Positions 61,231 to 64,000 of a stretch of DNA of 64,000 bases are shown piece by piece. Numbering within the stretch: the first letter of the stretch is position 1; each line of letters starts with the position of its first letter. A program made the translations under genes and the position numbers. The stretch covers positions 108,316,001 through 108,380,000 of the forward strand of contig NC_058373.1 of assembly GCF_018350175.1 (NCBI RefSeq), written 5' to 3'. Under the pieces are notes generated by a model. That model worked only from the letters and a program-made list of their open reading frames with translations, was not told the origin of the DNA and searched no databases. Source of the DNA: Felis catus. Its lineage: Eukaryota.

Positions 61231-63563
61231 TTTGAATATGTCACATATGGACCCTAAATCTAATAGACTTAGAAAGATGTTTCTGATAATAATTGTGCTT
61301 AGTTTGTTCTTAATCTTTCTTCATATCATGGTGAGCACATAGTAGGTGCTTTCTAAATACAAATTCTTTTGAATGGCTTTTAAAAACCCTTAACAATGAC
61401 ATAGGAGAACATTTGTTATACACGTTCTTAGTATTACACTTTTCATAATTGCTACTGTTTTAATAAATTGAGCAAAGGGCACAAATATTCTGGCCCTTTG
61501 ACCAGAGCTTAGAAATATGTTCACTGGAAGAGCCTTTATTTAACTATATTGCTTTAATGGAATTTGAGATGTGCAGGAACGTTTTAATTATCAGAATCTT
61601 TTTTAGAGAAAGCCTCTGAGATTTGAGACAAGTTTACATATTATTGTATGAATCACAGTTTGCTTTAAGAGCTTATCTAAATCCCATGTGTTTGAGGGGA
61701 AAAGGGAACTCGGAATGAATCCATCTAATTTTCAGCTTTTTTCCTAGGAGAGATTCGTGATTGAAAGTCAGAATGGGGTTATGTGCTGCCTTTTTTCATG
61801 GTTTCTAGTGGAAGTTATAGGGTTTCCATAGTAATGCGCAAGGACTCCTCATTTCCTGCCATGATTTCCTAGCAAACAGAAGAGCACTGGTAACTATGGT
61901 TTAGTGTAAGTGACAAAGTTGACAGCAGATCATGCTAAATTTGTTCTGGCTGTTCAGGGATGGGTAGGGTAGAGCACCGTACTGTCAACCAAAGGTGACG
62001 ACTCCCAGCTTCACAAGGCAAATAACATGTTTCCTGATCGTCCAGTGGCAATGGCAGAGAACACTTGGCGTTTTGACTAGGGGTGAGGCAGGTGCGGTCC
62101 TGCCATATTGCCCCTGAGATCCACTAAAGAGTTTGCATTTGAAGAAATACTGATGTTGCACAGCTCTGTCTTCTCCTCCTCCCCTCCCTCCCTCCCTCTC
62201 ACTTGTTTTCTCCCCCTACCCCACTTGTCCTGTGGCCATCCCCTCTGCTCCCTGCTCCATCTCTTCCCTTTCTCTGCTCTTACAGCCACAGTTTCAGCTG
62301 TTCAGAAGGCAGAGGATAGTGGCACAGGATGGTGGCTCAGTATCCTGGGGAGTGGGGTCATACGTCTGGCCACCGTCCCTGGCATCTTTCTGTTACCCTC
62401 AGGTTGCTGGGCCTGGCATGTTCCCTTCCTGTGACAATTCAGCCTGTTTTCAGGTTTCCTAAAAATAGCAGCATTCTACCTCATGTCACAAGGTGTACCT
62501 GCACATCCTTGTTTTGTTAAATCTGAACAAAGTGTTCCCATTGGTGAATTTAGAGGCACTAAAAAAGCCTCCTCAGCAGCTGTCCAGCCGAAGTATGCAT
62601 TTGTCTTATAGACAACAAAGCCAGCAGAAATGAGTGAGCTAGGAACAATGCTATCACCCACCTTGCTGCTGGTTCGGTGGGACTTCCCAGTGGGCCATGA
62701 TGTCTCTGTGATTCCATTTGCAAGAGCTTCAAAGTTTGCATTTGCTTTAGACTCATGTTGTTTTGAAATAGTATTCCATCATGATTTTCAAAGTTGGTTA
62801 TCATTCAAAATCACCGGAGCAGGCACAGTGTTAATGGCAACCATATCTGTCAGTTTGTAGCTTTTTTCTCTGCTTACTTAACAGAGTGAAGTGATTTAAT
62901 AAGTTCTAGAAAAGTCAACGTGATCCTTTGTCTCAGGAGAAGACTAATTTCCTTACCTTGCCATTCATGAAGGGAAGTCCCCTGAAAGTAAGAGACTTGA
63001 GAGCTGTAAGACTTACTTAGCTTTTAGATTTTATTTAAATGTTGTACCTGTGTTCTACCTCTCTTGCTCTTTTGGTTAAAATCACTGAAGCATATGCTGA
63101 GAAAGTTGTTGATGACCTCAGGGCCAGTCAAGGTAATTATCTTGGCACACACCTACTTTAGATGGTCAGGAAGCCCTCTTCTGCCTTTCCACTCAGACCT
63201 GGTGAATATTGGGAGTTCCTAGTAGGAGTATGGTTTCAAAGGCATAAGTGGAAATTCATATTTGGTACCAGAATCCCCAGATGTGAGGTGGCTTTTGGCT
63301 TTTTAGTCCAGAGAACTGGAGGAAAAAAGGGAGAATGGAAACTCCTCCTTGCTGCAACAGTGGGAAACCCCAGAGTCATGTTTATGGGCAAGCTTAGAAT
63401 CCATTCACTCACATAACTCCATCCATCACCTGCTTGCACAGGTGGTGTGTGTGTGTGGGGGGGAGGTTAAGCCTGACATATGAGTGTCCTGCCTTGGAGG
63501 ATGTTGTGCTGCAGTGAGGAACACCCACTCATATTTTCATCTGATGCCTCTTTGGAGCTGCCT

Positions 63564-63566
<3 letters not shown>

Positions 63567-63627
<61 letters not shown>

Positions 63628-63656
63628 TCCTCATTCCCTCCCTCCCTCCCTCTCTG

Positions 63657-63686
<30 letters not shown>
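63567..63686. repeat. Compound (CT)n / (CCCT)n / (CA)n microsatellite
   Basis: Directly visible. Confidence 0.95.
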
Positions 63687-63687
<1 letters not shown>

Positions 63688-64000
63688 GTATTACAGGGAG
63701 GAAACTTAAAGGGTGGAGATCACACACATTTAGCCTGTAAGCTTAGTATCCAAAGTTAAAGAAACTTTTAAGAAGTAAGATGCTTAAACAGGGTAGAACT
63801 GCTACAGACTCTCTCTTCACACATTTTCCTCTCACCCTCTTCCCTGGTGTTTAGTGAATGGTACTCTACCCAAGCACCATGACAGATGCTTTATGAGACT
63901 GGGGATGAGGCAGGGTAGAGAGTGCCGGCCTTACTTTCAAGTTCTTTACGATGCGGAAATGCTTTAGCTATAAAAGGCTGCTTAGCTTGCCCGGTATTAA

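Overview
Eukaryotic genomic DNA from a carnivore, most likely a felid, judged from the SINEC/CAN-SINE and carnivore-type L1 content. It is AT-rich and CpG-depleted. I could not support any cellular protein-coding exon, RNA gene or CpG island, so it reads as intronic or intergenic sequence. It holds two decayed near-full-length L1s on the minus strand (A 1045-6670, B 14206-18972), six 5'-truncated L1s, 16 CAN-SINEs, MaLR/ERV solo LTRs, MIR/L2 relics, hAT and MULE DNA-transposon fossils and many microsatellites. The only ORFs I can assign to a protein family are transposon fragments; the rest look like antisense repeat ORFs or chance. I did not find a new biological system. The best observations are: (1) L1-A lacks exactly the 1,523-bp GT...AG segment present in L1-B, a candidate spliced-then-retrotransposed L1 (SpIRE-like) that has lost its ORF1 start; (2) a ~1-kb tract nearly identical between the otherwise diverged A and B, suggesting gene conversion or an assembly artefact; (3) a long-TIR MULE fossil with a readable transposase C-terminus; (4) repeated re-use of the same insertion sites; (5) one L1 site that seeded different microsatellites in three copies. 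Repeat family names come from recognising the sequence, not from a database search, and boundaries of old repeats are approximate.
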